Assembly (NCBI GenBank): GCA_964444705.1
Contig: CAYUHX010000001.1
Span: 17,055-81,054, forward strand
DNA length: 64,000 nt
Reading direction: 5' to 3'
Source: an uncultured Gammaproteobacteria bacterium
Lineage (GTDB): Bacteria > Patescibacteriota > Patescibacteriia > Magasanikbacterales > GWA2-37-8
The notes below the pieces were generated by a model. That model was not told the origin of the DNA and did no database searches. It saw only the letters and a list, made by a program, of their open reading frames with translations. How positions within the stretch are numbered: the stretch's first letter is position 1; every line of letters starts with the position of its first letter. The position numbers and the translations under genes are program-made. Of this stretch, positions 37,052 to 46,473 are shown in pieces.

Positions 37052-37080
37052 AACAGGCCATTCATAGGTCTGTTTTTATT
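37052..37080 (+). terminator. putative terminator after rpmE
   Basis: AAACAGGCCattcatAGGTCTGTTTTTATTTTT (stem with one G-U pair, then T-run). Confidence 0.45.
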
Positions 37081-37118
37081 TTTAGACGCATCTTCAATAC
37101 CCTGTTTTTTCTTCTTAT

Positions 37119-38177
37119 ATGCAACAAAAATACCTTACGATTTTAGAACACTACACCTCTCTTGAAGAAAATCTACAAGATCAGGCGGTGCTGAATGATG
37201 CCAAAAAACTGAAAGATATTTCTCAGGAATACAATGAGCTCAAAGAGGTAGCGAACAAAATAAAAGAATTAGACGCACTCGAAAAAAAATACCATGAAAC
37301 AGAACAACTACTTGCGGGTAGTGATGAAGAAATGCGCGCCTTGGCAAGCGCCGAACTCAACGAACTTACCAACGCCAAAGAAACATTAGAAAAAGAGCTC
37401 CTTGAGGCAACCAGACCCAAAGACCCACTCGATAAAAATGACGTCATTGTCGAAATTAGAGCTGGCGTAGGCGGCGATGAAGCAGCCCTTTTTGCGGCTG
37501 AACTCTATCGCATGTATCAGCGTTATGCCGAAAACCACGGCTGGAAAACGGCCCTCATTGATGCTAATCGTATTGGCATCGGCGGTTTTAAAGAAGTTAT
37601 TTTCTCCATCAAGGGTCATGGCGTCTATGGCCAACTGAAATATGAAATGGGCGTGCATCGTGTGCAACGTGTGCCTGAAACCGAAAAAGCCGGACGCGTG
37701 CACACCAGCACCATCACCGTGGCAGTTCTCCCTGAAATTGAAGAAACTGAAATGAAAATTGAAGCCAAAGACTTGCGTATCGACACCTTCTGCTCAGGCG
37801 GCGCAGGCGGGCAAAGCGTGAACACGACATACTCAGCCGTACGCATTGTCCATATTCCCACTGGTGTTATGGTGCAATGCCAAGACGAACGCTCACAAAC
37901 GGCTAACAAAGAAAAAGCTATGGCCGTACTTCGTGCCCGCTTGTTTGAAGTAGAACGTGAAAAACGTGCTCAAGAACTCACTGAAAAACGCCGTAGTCAA
38001 ATCGGTAGCGGTGATCGCAGTGAAAAAATACGCACCTACAACATTCCACAAGATCGCATCACCGATCATCGTATTCACCAAAATTGGAACAATATCCATG
38101 TCATACTCGACGGTGCCCTTGACCCTCTTATTGCTGCCCTCAAAGAAGCAGAGTTTAAAGACGAAGCACCTCAATAA
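37119..38177 (+). CDS. prfA: peptide chain release factor 1
   Basis: GGQ motif ([12 protein letters not shown]). RF1-type tripeptide PET in [16 protein letters not shown]. Followed by prmC. Confidence 0.9.
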   Translation: MQQKYLTILEHYTSLEENLQDQAVLNDAKKLKDISQEYNELKEVANKIKELDALEKKYHETEQLLAGSDEEMRALASAELNELTNAKETLEKELLEATRPKDPLDKNDVIVEIRAGVGGDEAALFAAELYRMYQRYAENHGWKTALIDANRIGIGGFKEVIFSIKGHGVYGQLKYEMGVHRVQRVPETEKAGRVHTSTITVAVLPEIEETEMKIEAKDLRIDTFCSGGAGGQSVNTTYSAVRIVHIPTGVMVQCQDERSQTANKEKAMAVLRARLFEVEREKRAQELTEKRRSQIGSGDRSEKIRTYNIPQDRITDHRIHQNWNNIHVILDGALDPLIAALKEAEFKDEAPQ

Positions 38178-38188
38178 TCAACCCTCTT

Positions 38189-39058
38189 ATGACTATCGAA
38201 CGGTTGCAACGCCGTTTTGCCCACCTACCCACGCGAGATATTGATCTGCTGCTGAGCTTCGCCCTACGCCAACCAAAAGAATTTATTTTTGCCCATCCGA
38301 GTCATCACCTTACGACCGGTGATTTTTTTCGTTTTTATTGCGCGCTCTGGCGCTATCAGCATGGCTGGCCACTTGCCTATATACATGGCCACAAAGAATT
38401 CTACGGCCTCGATTTTTATGTGAATAAAAATGTATTAATTCCCCGCCCTGAAACCGAACTCATGATCGACGAAGTGCGTAAGTGCCTTGAAACTCTTACA
38501 CACAAACACCCCATTCTCATTGATGTCGGCACCGGCAGCGGGTGTATTCCCATCGTACTGAGTCAAAAAACCACACCTGGATCTGTCGCCATCTACGCCA
38601 GCGATCTTTCCAAAAAAGCACTTCGAGTAGCAAAAAAAAATGCGCTCTACCACAATGCATTAATCACATTTTTAGAAGGCAATCTACTTGAGCCATTTGT
38701 TGCGTGCATGCGCACAAAACCACTTGAGGAACACACACAACCACTCATTATAACCGCCAACTTACCTTACCTTACTCAAGCTGAATTTACACACGAACCT
38801 TCAATACAAAAAGAGCCAGTGCGGGCTCTTATTTCTGATAATAAAGACGGGCTTGATCTCTACCGCAATCTTGCTCAACAAATAAAAGCGCTTCTCTCAA
38901 AACACTTCTCTCCACTACATATTTTTCTAGAAATCAACCCACACCAAACTAACGCTCTCACTGATTTTTTGAGAAAAGAATTTTCGACCGCACACGTGCG
39001 CTGTCTAAAAGACCTTGCACAAAAAGAACGACTGATTGTGCTAGATATTATTTCGTAA
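38189..39058 (+). CDS. prmC: release-factor glutamine N5-methyltransferase PrmC/HemK
   Basis: SAM motif IDVGTGSGCIPIVL. NPPY-type motif ANLPYL. Conserved prfA-prmC linkage. Confidence 0.85.
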   Translation: MTIERLQRRFAHLPTRDIDLLLSFALRQPKEFIFAHPSHHLTTGDFFRFYCALWRYQHGWPLAYIHGHKEFYGLDFYVNKNVLIPRPETELMIDEVRKCLETLTHKHPILIDVGTGSGCIPIVLSQKTTPGSVAIYASDLSKKALRVAKKNALYHNALITFLEGNLLEPFVACMRTKPLEEHTQPLIITANLPYLTQAEFTHEPSIQKEPVRALISDNKDGLDLYRNLAQQIKALLSKHFSPLHIFLEINPHQTNALTDFLRKEFSTAHVRCLKDLAQKERLIVLDIIS

Positions 39059-40094
39059 GCACCACATCGGTGCCGAGCGGCACCACTTCCACCCACGTCA
39101 CGCCTGGAGTTAAGACAATTTCTTCACCAGTTGATCGATAAAATCGCGTACGGCTACGCTGATTAGTTTTCTTCCATTTTCCTCGCTCTAAAACACCCCG
39201 ATGAAAAACGAGTACTTCACCCTCACCCACCGTATCTATTTCACGCCTTCCTTCATCATCAATAATGTCAACTGACGTGAACTGCACAACCACATTATGC
39301 GCTTGAAGCAGATGAGCAGTGTCACGCGCAATGACACCATTTAAAAATCGTTGATATTTTTTTTGATCAGCGTCATATTTCCAGCCTATACGATAATTTG
39401 AGCTAAATGGCACTAAAAATTCCAACACCTCTTCAGACGAAGTAGGTAGAGTCGAAGACGCAAACAACCAGCCTTTCCACGGAGGTTGCACCGGACGCTC
39501 CCCTGCAGACTCCGCTACGATTTTTTGCCAACGATCACTTGAGGTATACAAATTATGCGGTGCACCTCTTTCGTCACTTCGCCAAAAATAACGACCCCAA
39601 TAAAATTCATTAATATCAAATACTGATGAATTTTTAAGAAAAGCCAGGGCTGCCGGCGAACCGCCTGAATGGAGATACAAGGCGTCACCATATTCTTGAT
39701 CCCAATCAATAAAATAGGGACGAGCACTTCTAACTGGCCCCACTTCAGCTACAGTGCTTGTTACTTTAAAAAGAGCTAAATAACGAGTGATTCCGCCCTC
39801 AACTGGCGCTTCATACACTACCCCTGCGGCCGATAAACCACTTTGCGGTCTGGCATCAGCGTGATTATCGATCATCACCCCCACTATTCGAGATGCAGCA
39901 TCTTCGCTTGCCGCCAACGGTAACCCGTCGAATTCACTGACCGGAACTGCTGCAACCGGAGTAGTCAATGGCGTTGTTAAGTCGAGCTGAGAAACAACTT
40001 TTGGTTTTTGAACCAAAAAAGCAATCGCAACAAAAAACAAAACAAACAACACGATGCTTAATAAAATGATGCCTGTTAATTTTTTTCTTGTCAT
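39048..40094 (-). CDS. DUF3048 (YerB-like) secreted/membrane-anchored protein
   Basis: N-terminal TM. Segment RIVGVMIDNHADARPQSGLSAAGVVYEAPVEGGITRYLALF matches the DUF3048 N-terminal pattern. Confidence 0.65.
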   Translation of the reverse strand: MTRKKLTGIILLSIVLFVLFFVAIAFLVQKPKVVSQLDLTTPLTTPVAAVPVSEFDGLPLAASEDAASRIVGVMIDNHADARPQSGLSAAGVVYEAPVEGGITRYLALFKVTSTVAEVGPVRSARPYFIDWDQEYGDALYLHSGGSPAALAFLKNSSVFDINEFYWGRYFWRSDERGAPHNLYTSSDRWQKIVAESAGERPVQPPWKGWLFASSTLPTSSEEVLEFLVPFSSNYRIGWKYDADQKKYQRFLNGVIARDTAHLLQAHNVVVQFTSVDIIDDEGRREIDTVGEGEVLVFHRGVLERGKWKKTNQRSRTRFYRSTGEEIVLTPGVTWVEVVPLGTDVVLTK

Positions 40095-40198
40095 ACGCAG
40101 ATCTAACTTCGAATGTAGTATAACACAAACCAATCTTCTTCAAACTCTATACAAAAACCCCGCCGAGCAGGCGGAGATTTTGTAATACTACTGATAGA

Positions 40199-40879
40199 TT
40201 ATTTTTTCTCTTCTGTTTTAACTGCTTCTTCCTTGGCTTTCACTGCATCTTTTTCTTCTTTCACCGTCTTAATTTGGGTCAAATCAGCGGCTGGAGCAGT
40301 AGTGTCTTCAAGAGCTTTCAATTGAGCTTCGGTGAGAGGGGCTGCTACCTTAGCCACCAAGGCTTCGCTTTGTGGAGAAATAACGGTAACGCCAGCTGGC
40401 ACAACCACATTTTTAATTTTAATAACCTCTTCAAAAGAGGTAAGAGCAGAAAGATCAATATCAATATGCGCGACCAAGTCTTTTGGCAAACATTCAACCT
40501 CTACTTCTGTCACATTGGTGATAAGCGTGCCGCCAGAAGCCTTAACCACCGGCGCTTCTCCCACAAATCGCAATTCCACTTTCGCACGAAGAGTTTTTTT
40601 CATATCAATACGACGTAAATCAACATGGATGATATGATCACTCACTGGATCGCGTTGAATATCTTGAAAAAGAACCTTGCCCATATCTTCTCCCCCGACC
40701 TTCAAATCAATCAAACTTGATTCTCCAGCTTCTTTGTAGAGCTTGGTCAATAATGGGTAGTCAAAAGTCAAATTTTCACTCGCTCCGCCTGCACCATACA
40801 CCACACCAGGAATTTTTCCACTGGTACGAGCATGAGAGCCGGTCGCCGTTCGTTTCGTCGCCACCAACGTATACGCCAT
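40199..40879 (-). CDS. rplY: 50S ribosomal protein L25/general stress protein Ctc
   Basis: TKRTATGSHARTSGKIPGVVYGAGGASENLTFDY and IHVDLRRI. Acidic/Lys-rich C-terminal extension. Confidence 0.88.
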   Translation of the reverse strand: MAYTLVATKRTATGSHARTSGKIPGVVYGAGGASENLTFDYPLLTKLYKEAGESSLIDLKVGGEDMGKVLFQDIQRDPVSDHIIHVDLRRIDMKKTLRAKVELRFVGEAPVVKASGGTLITNVTEVEVECLPKDLVAHIDIDLSALTSFEEVIKIKNVVVPAGVTVISPQSEALVAKVAAPLTEAQLKALEDTTAPAADLTQIKTVKEEKDAVKAKEEAVKTEEKK

Positions 40880-40880
40880 A

Positions 40881-41270
40881 TTAAATCCGATTTAAAAATA
40901 GTGAATTAAACTTCTCTTTAGAGAATAAAGTATAGCCGTCCAAAGCTTCGTCTAGTGTAATCGGCACGCTTTTGTACAATCGTTTCGCATCTGCCAGGCT
41001 CAGATCGGTAATCATTCCCACCGAACTCAAACCCTGGCCCAGCACCACGACCATCGCCATAAAATAACTCTGGCATTTAGGACAGGTGAAATGCACCAAA
41101 CGGGCGCTTTCATTTTTAATAAACACCTCAGCCCGATTCACATCATACCCTTCTGAACAAATAGGGCATTTATTGATGAATTTTAAAACTTCCTGCCAGG
41201 AATCTGACTGTAATTTCGGCTTTTGCATAGAATGCTCGAATACCTTACCTAAAAAAGACCTAACTGTCAA
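40881..41270 (-). CDS. hypothetical zinc-ribbon protein (CxxC...CxxC)
   Basis: CPICSEGYDVNRAEVFIKNESARLVHFTCPKCQ. Ends 1 nt before the rplY start, so it is probably co-transcribed. Start may be the Met at 41228. Confidence 0.45.
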   Translation of the reverse strand: MTVRSFLGKVFEHSMQKPKLQSDSWQEVLKFINKCPICSEGYDVNRAEVFIKNESARLVHFTCPKCQSYFMAMVVVLGQGLSSVGMITDLSLADAKRLYKSVPITLDEALDGYTLFSKEKFNSLFLNRI

Positions 41271-41295
41271 GATTAGCCATAGTGTACACGATTCT

Positions 41296-41766
41296 TTAGC
41301 TCTTAAGCAAGGTAAGGTCAGACGTCACCTCAGCTACATGGTTTTCTGGCTTCACTTTATCGTAAATTTTGACAATTTTTCCCTGGGCATTGATCAAAAA
41401 AGACATTCGAAAAATTCCTTCGTATTCTCGACCCATAAACCGCTTTTTACCCCAGACACCATAGGCCTTGACGACATCATGATGAGAATCCGACAAAAGC
41501 AAAAACGGCAAATCGTATTTTTTAGCAAACTTATCATGGCTTTTTACACTGTCAGCACTCACACCAAGCACAACCACTCCCTTTTTCGTGAGTGAAGAAA
41601 AATTATCTCTAAAACTACACGCCTCTTTGGTACAACCAGGAGTATCATCTTTCGGATAAAAATACAAAAGCACTGCCTGACCTTTAAATTCAGCCATTGA
41701 ATGTTCTTTGCCGGTTTGGTCGGCTAAGGTAAAATCAGGAGCTGCTTCCCCAACCTGAAGAGCCAT
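41296..41766 (-). CDS. bcp: thioredoxin-dependent thiol peroxidase (Bcp-type peroxiredoxin)
   Basis: Peroxidatic Cys motif YFYPKDDTPGCTKEACSFRD. Confidence 0.85.
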   Translation of the reverse strand: MALQVGEAAPDFTLADQTGKEHSMAEFKGQAVLLYFYPKDDTPGCTKEACSFRDNFSSLTKKGVVVLGVSADSVKSHDKFAKKYDLPFLLLSDSHHDVVKAYGVWGKKRFMGREYEGIFRMSFLINAQGKIVKIYDKVKPENHVAEVTSDLTLLKS

Positions 41767-41784
41767 ACGATAAAATTCAATAAA

Positions 41785-42531
41785 TTAAAGGTTGTTATAA
41801 AAAACACTGCACGTCGTCGCCCAAAAAACTGCTACCAAAGCTGCGGTTTCGCCGCGCAGGGTATGATCACCCAAACGCAACAACGGAATTTGGCACTCTT
41901 TAATTTCTCTGAGCTCTCGCTCACTCCAGCCACCTTCTGGCCCCACAAAGAGTGATAAGCACTCTCGACCTAAATTTTTAATATGCCCCTCAATCACATC
42001 ATCATTGCACAGAAATCCACTTCGATCACACACCACCGTGCAACCCACTTTTTTTGCCTCCATTAACGCTTCTTTAAACCCAATCACTGTGCCAAGGCTG
42101 GGCATAAAAGCGCGCTCTGAAACCTCAGCGGCTTCACGCATAATTTTTTCTAAGCGAGGCCTATTAACCGCCGTTTTAATGGTCCTGTCTGAACACACCG
42201 GCACAAGGTGGCTAACCCCAAGCTCTGCAGCTTTTTCGGCCACGAGTTCGAAATGCTCACGCTTCAGCACTGCACAATACAACGCCACTTTTTTTCCTTG
42301 CGCCTGCGTAGTGATTGTTTCTATTTTTAAATGAACATTTTTATTATTCACTTGTTGAATAATGGCGAGAGCCATCTGTCCTGCACCATCAGACACCACC
42401 ACCTTTTCACCTGGCTCCAAACGAAGCACATCTTTGATATGATGCACCACCGAAAAATCGCTGATGACAAAATCTCCTTCTTTAAGTGCGGTGGTAAGAA
42501 TAAAATAGTGCTGTTTCATACGACGCATCAC
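41785..42531 (-). CDS. rsmE: 16S rRNA (uracil1498-N3)-methyltransferase RsmE
   Basis: RsmE C-terminal SPOUT pattern LFVGPEGGWSERELREIKECQIPLLRLGDHTLRGETAALVAV. Confidence 0.8.
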   Translation of the reverse strand: MMRRMKQHYFILTTALKEGDFVISDFSVVHHIKDVLRLEPGEKVVVSDGAGQMALAIIQQVNNKNVHLKIETITTQAQGKKVALYCAVLKREHFELVAEKAAELGVSHLVPVCSDRTIKTAVNRPRLEKIMREAAEVSERAFMPSLGTVIGFKEALMEAKKVGCTVVCDRSGFLCNDDVIEGHIKNLGRECLSLFVGPEGGWSERELREIKECQIPLLRLGDHTLRGETAALVAVFWATTCSVFYNNL

Positions 42532-42591
42532 CTTATTCTACCACTTTTCTCTTCATAAAACAATCTATCTAAAACCACACTAGAGTGACTA

Positions 42592-43845
42592 CTAACGCTT
42601 TATTTTTCTCTTTGAACGATTAAAGGTAATTGCAAAACGATGTGCTTCATCACGCACACGAATGAGCGCCTCGCGATGGTGCGACACCCACGCCACGAGC
42701 GCCGGCTCCACACTCCCCAAAATAATATCGTTACGCTTTCGCTCTTTACCTTTAGCCAAACCTACTATGGGAATATCGACGTTTTTTGAACTAAGCACTT
42801 CTTTGGCACGATTCACCTGCGGTCGACCACCATCAATTAAAAAAAGAGTTGGCAACGGCCAATCAGCGTGTGCTAAACGACGATTCAACACCTCAGCTAA
42901 ACAATCTACATCACTCTGCCCCACTACTGTTTTAATGGTAAATTTTCGATAGGCTGCTTTAATTGGGCCATGCTCATCAGCAACCACCAAACTACCTACC
43001 TTGTCAGTGTCGCCCAAATTGGAAATATCATATCCTTCAATGCGATAATGATCTGCTTCATCGTTTGTCCCCGCGTGCTCTCTAAAAAATTCTTGATTTA
43101 AGAGAGCGACATCTTGAATACGATACAATGATTTTGATTGATCGCGCAGGCGCGCTGCTTCTTCAAAACGAAATTCTTTGGCTGCCAGCTTCATTTTATT
43201 TTCCCACTCTCGCACCAACTTCTTTTTTTCACCCTGTAAAAACAGCACCAGCGGCCGAATTACTTTTAACGCATAGTCGCGAGGACTAATTTCACCCGTA
43301 CAGACGCCCAGACACTCTTCCATCTGTCGATAGAGACAGGGCTTTAACGAAAGAGGTCGGCAACTCGAAAAACGAAATAATCGGCGAAGTAACTTCATGG
43401 TGGCCTTGGTATTGAGGCCAGGATACGGCCCGAACACATACTTGAAACCAGGCGGCACCTTTCCTTCTTCATGTGAAAGAAGACGCAGCTCGCGCTCACG
43501 AATAGTTTTCACCTGCGGATACAGCTCTTTCGTAATAATAATATAATTCCAACTTTTATCATCTTTACCAAGTACGTTGTATTTGGGTTGATTTTTTTTG
43601 ATGTACAACGCCTCTAAAATAATCGCCTCAAGCACTGATTCGGTTTCTTTCCACTCAATACGTGCCACCTCATGAATCATTTCTTCAATCGGCCGCGGCG
43701 TGCGTAGCCCACGAAAATAGCTTTGCACCCGGCTTTTAAGCGACGTTGCTTTACCCACATACACCAGCTCACCATCTTCAGAATAATACAAATAAATACC
43801 TGGGGCATCGGGTAATTTTTTAAAAACAGAATCAAATTTGTGCAT
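42592..43845 (-). CDS. uvrC: excinuclease ABC subunit C, compact form lacking the C-terminal (HhH)2 domain (417 aa)
   Basis: GIY-YIG N-terminus LPDAPGIYLYYSEDGELVYVGKATSLKSRVQSYF. UVR domain FRFEEAARLRDQ. RNase-H-like endonuclease domain RIEGYDISNLGDTDKVGSLVV...LIDGGRPQ. The frame ends before any helix-hairpin-helix pair. Confidence 0.85.
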   Translation of the reverse strand: MHKFDSVFKKLPDAPGIYLYYSEDGELVYVGKATSLKSRVQSYFRGLRTPRPIEEMIHEVARIEWKETESVLEAIILEALYIKKNQPKYNVLGKDDKSWNYIIITKELYPQVKTIRERELRLLSHEEGKVPPGFKYVFGPYPGLNTKATMKLLRRLFRFSSCRPLSLKPCLYRQMEECLGVCTGEISPRDYALKVIRPLVLFLQGEKKKLVREWENKMKLAAKEFRFEEAARLRDQSKSLYRIQDVALLNQEFFREHAGTNDEADHYRIEGYDISNLGDTDKVGSLVVADEHGPIKAAYRKFTIKTVVGQSDVDCLAEVLNRRLAHADWPLPTLFLIDGGRPQVNRAKEVLSSKNVDIPIVGLAKGKERKRNDIILGSVEPALVAWVSHHREALIRVRDEAHRFAITFNRSKRKIKR

Positions 43846-44082
43846 ACAATTTATGAGGTGACGGCGTCTTATTTATTTAATATTACGCCAAAAAAAAGCC
43901 CTTCGCAACCACTCCACGCATTTTTTCACTTTTAAAATTATCATAACTTCTATTTTTATATACAGATATCACCATGCTATCCTTGACAAGATTGAAAATA
44001 CATAGTATACTCACCCGTCAAGCGTAATTGCTTGATTGACTATTTTAAAGCTCGTTTACAACGGCCATTTAGATTACTACTC

Positions 44083-44211
44083 CTGATATCACCGTCGATA
44101 ATCAGAAATCAAAGAGACAAGAAACCGACATCCTGCTAGAATTTTCTACCTACTTACCTGTTTCGGATCTCTCCACACATGTTCATCGGGTTATCGACCG
44201 TGATATCAGAG
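44083..44211. repeat. 19-nt inverted repeat pair (CTGATATCACCGTCGATAA / TTATCGACCGTGATATCAG, 1 mismatch) bracketing about 90 nt of noncoding DNA
   Basis: Seen directly. A third half-site copy GATATCACC lies at about 43965. No ORF in the region. Confidence 0.4.
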
Positions 44212-44270
44212 TGTTTCTAAAAAAGCCTCTACGGAGTTTGGATTAAACAAATACTAAACCACTGGCTAAT

Positions 44271-44375
44271 CCCGACGATGGTAATCTGCGCTTGAATTTG
44301 AAAGGAACAAGGATCAAGGAACAAAGAGCAATTTGTCCTTTTTCCTTCACTCGAACTCACATTACCATCGTCGGG
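44271..44375 (+). promoter_or_regulatory. 15-bp perfect inverted repeat (CCCGACGATGGTAAT ... ATTACCATCGTCGGG) enclosing a 75-nt purine-rich spacer, at the low-GC/high-GC junction just upstream of the high-GC lipoprotein gene
   Basis: Seen directly. The right arm ends 40 nt before the ATG, and a strong SD GAGGAGG follows. Confidence 0.4.
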
Positions 44376-44415
44376 CACTTGCGCCCGTCGATCCCTACGT
44401 CCTGAGGAGGACCGC

Positions 44416-45105
44416 ATGAACCGCATCCGTCGCAACTCGTTCCTGTCCCGCTACCTGCTGGCCGCCAGCCTGGCCGCCAGCCCGCTGACCACCGGCTGCG
44501 GCACGCCCGAGCCCACCACCCCGGTGGCACCGCAGCCCAGCACCCTGGCCAAGGTGAGCCGGAAGATCCCCGCCGACGGGGAGACCACGGGCCGGAGCCC
44601 GCTGGTGGGGGCGCTGCTCGACCGGCAGGTCACCGTCGGCGTCGCCAGCTTCACCATCACCCCCCACGCCGACGGCACGGCCAACGCCGAGGCCGGCGCC
44701 GTCTTCTGGAAGCCCAATGCGGAGCTGAAGGCCGGCCAGCGGTACGAGTGGACCATGGTCTTCAACGACCGCGGCTACGAGACGACCCTGAAGGGCAACT
44801 TCACCGTGGCCAAGGACCCCCCGCCCGCGCCGATGGGCCCCCTGTGGGGGCTCTCTGAGGGCACCCTGGGTGGGGCCACCAAGCAGTTCACCTGCAGCGG
44901 TACCCACGCCGGCCAGTACTACCTGACGGTCACCAAGGCCGGTGACGGCGCGCTGATCTGGGGCCAGAAGGTGGGCGGCTTCGGGCAGGAGTTCTACTAC
45001 ATCAACTCCCAGGACCTGGCGGCCACGTACCTCCAGACGGGCATCGTCTCGGGGATCACCTTCAGCGCCGAGGGCCTGCAGGAGGGTACCACCACCTGCA
45101 AGTAG
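44416..45105 (+). CDS. lipoprotein of unknown function encoded in a high-GC (about 70%) island
   Basis: SD GAGGAGG 6 nt upstream of the ATG. Signal peptide plus lipobox LAASLAASPLTTGC. GC3-rich codon usage unlike neighbouring genes. Downstream hairpin terminator at 45276-45312. Confidence 0.7.
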   Translation: MNRIRRNSFLSRYLLAASLAASPLTTGCGTPEPTTPVAPQPSTLAKVSRKIPADGETTGRSPLVGALLDRQVTVGVASFTITPHADGTANAEAGAVFWKPNAELKAGQRYEWTMVFNDRGYETTLKGNFTVAKDPPPAPMGPLWGLSEGTLGGATKQFTCSGTHAGQYYLTVTKAGDGALIWGQKVGGFGQEFYYINSQDLAATYLQTGIVSGITFSAEGLQEGTTTCK

Positions 45106-45275
45106 CGGCGCTGCCGCCCGACCCGCGGCGGCGCACACCGGCCATCAAATCGCTTGATCCACCGCTCCGTTCCGCAGCCCCCGCTCGCCTAAACCTGCTC
45201 GCCCACTTCGGTGCGAACAGCGGTGCGAGGGGGGCCTGCATCTGTTGAATAAAAGAACTGTCTTTTGTTCATAGA

Positions 45276-45312
45276 ACACACAATCCCGATACCCCTCGGG
45301 ATTTTGTGTTTT
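45276..45312 (+). terminator. rho-independent terminator closing the high-GC island
   Basis: ACACACAATCCCGAtaccccTCGGGATTTTGTGTTTT. Confidence 0.6.
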
Positions 45313-45498
45313 AAATAATTTTTTAACTAAATTTTTTTCTTTACACCCACATGGCGGAATTTGGGCTTGGGCTCAAATTTTTTCCTTTATCCTTTTTCTT
45401 TTTTCCTTCACCCACCTAATAGCCAAACCCCTTCAATTACGCTATACTATTTCTATTCCCGCACTGATTTTACCTCACTCACCTACTCTCCATTTCAT

Positions 45499-46455
45499 AT
45501 GCCTACTTTTCTCGAAGATGTAAAAGTGCCTGCCTCGCAACAATCATCTCAAAAAAAAGGGCCAGAAAAATTTGAACATTACATCAATGCCGGTGGTGGC
45601 CTCAGCAATAAAAATCTTAAATACGCACTGTGGTTTACTGAGAACAAATTGCTACTCTATCGTCTCTTGCTCGGCTTCATTGGTTTTTGGTGTGTATTAT
45701 TTTGGGGCTACACTCTTTTTAATGTAGGTGATTATCTCATTTTTGGATTACGTGCCGATCAAAATCTGGCTCGTGAAATGTCGTACTTTCCTAACTACAC
45801 CCTCATCAACACTCGCCTCTCACCTGAACTACCAAAAATAATAAGCACTCAAGCATTGCCAAGCGGCACTGATAAATACGACCTCGTTGCGGAAGTGGCC
45901 AACACCAACGAGCGTTTCCTTGTTACTTTTGATTATTATTTCAATTTGAACAATGGCAAAAGTGAAAAACAGCATGGTTTTCTTCTCCCAGGTGAAAACA
46001 AATTTCTCACCCTGCTTGGAGTGAAAAACGCTGATTTTTCTGGCGGCGACGTGCAAATTAGTTTTGATAATTTTGTCTGGAAACGCGTGAATGCGCATGA
46101 AATAAAAAACACCACACAGTGGCAAAGCGAACGCTTAAACTTTACCACCGATAATTTTGCACTCATCCGCACCACTAACCCCGACTCTGGCGCACACGCT
46201 GATCGCGTTACATTCAAACTCACGAACAACAGCCCCTATTCATTCAAGGCGCCTTTTTTTTACATCGCCCTCTATTTTCAACAAAGTTTGGTGGGCATTT
46301 TGCCGCTCGAGCTCACCAGCTTTGGCTCGCTCGAAACCAAAGCAATTGATGTACGGGTCTTTACTCCCAACATTAATGTGAGTGATGTGGTGGTTTATCC
46401 ACTCATCAATGTGTATGATTCCGAAGAATACGTAAAAGCCACGGCTAGCTCTTAA
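45499..46455 (+). CDS. hypothetical single-pass membrane protein with extracytoplasmic domain (start at MPTFLEDV)
   Basis: TM LLLYRLLLGFIGFWCVLFWGYTLF, then about 230 aa of beta-rich sequence. Immediately upstream of the SEDS gene, with the same orientation. Confidence 0.5.
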   Translation: MPTFLEDVKVPASQQSSQKKGPEKFEHYINAGGGLSNKNLKYALWFTENKLLLYRLLLGFIGFWCVLFWGYTLFNVGDYLIFGLRADQNLAREMSYFPNYTLINTRLSPELPKIISTQALPSGTDKYDLVAEVANTNERFLVTFDYYFNLNNGKSEKQHGFLLPGENKFLTLLGVKNADFSGGDVQISFDNFVWKRVNAHEIKNTTQWQSERLNFTTDNFALIRTTNPDSGAHADRVTFKLTNNSPYSFKAPFFYIALYFQQSLVGILPLELTSFGSLETKAIDVRVFTPNINVSDVVVYPLINVYDSEEYVKATASS

Positions 46456-46473
46456 GGCACCGTATATTGTTTT

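Noticed and set aside
44395-45138. 247-aa minus-strand ORF (and 44451-44765) antisense to the high-GC lipoprotein gene
   Set aside because: Stop codons are rare in all frames at about 70% GC. The + strand frame has the SD, signal peptide/lipobox and terminator. The antisense product is Ala/Gly/Arg-rich low complexity typical of shadow ORFs.
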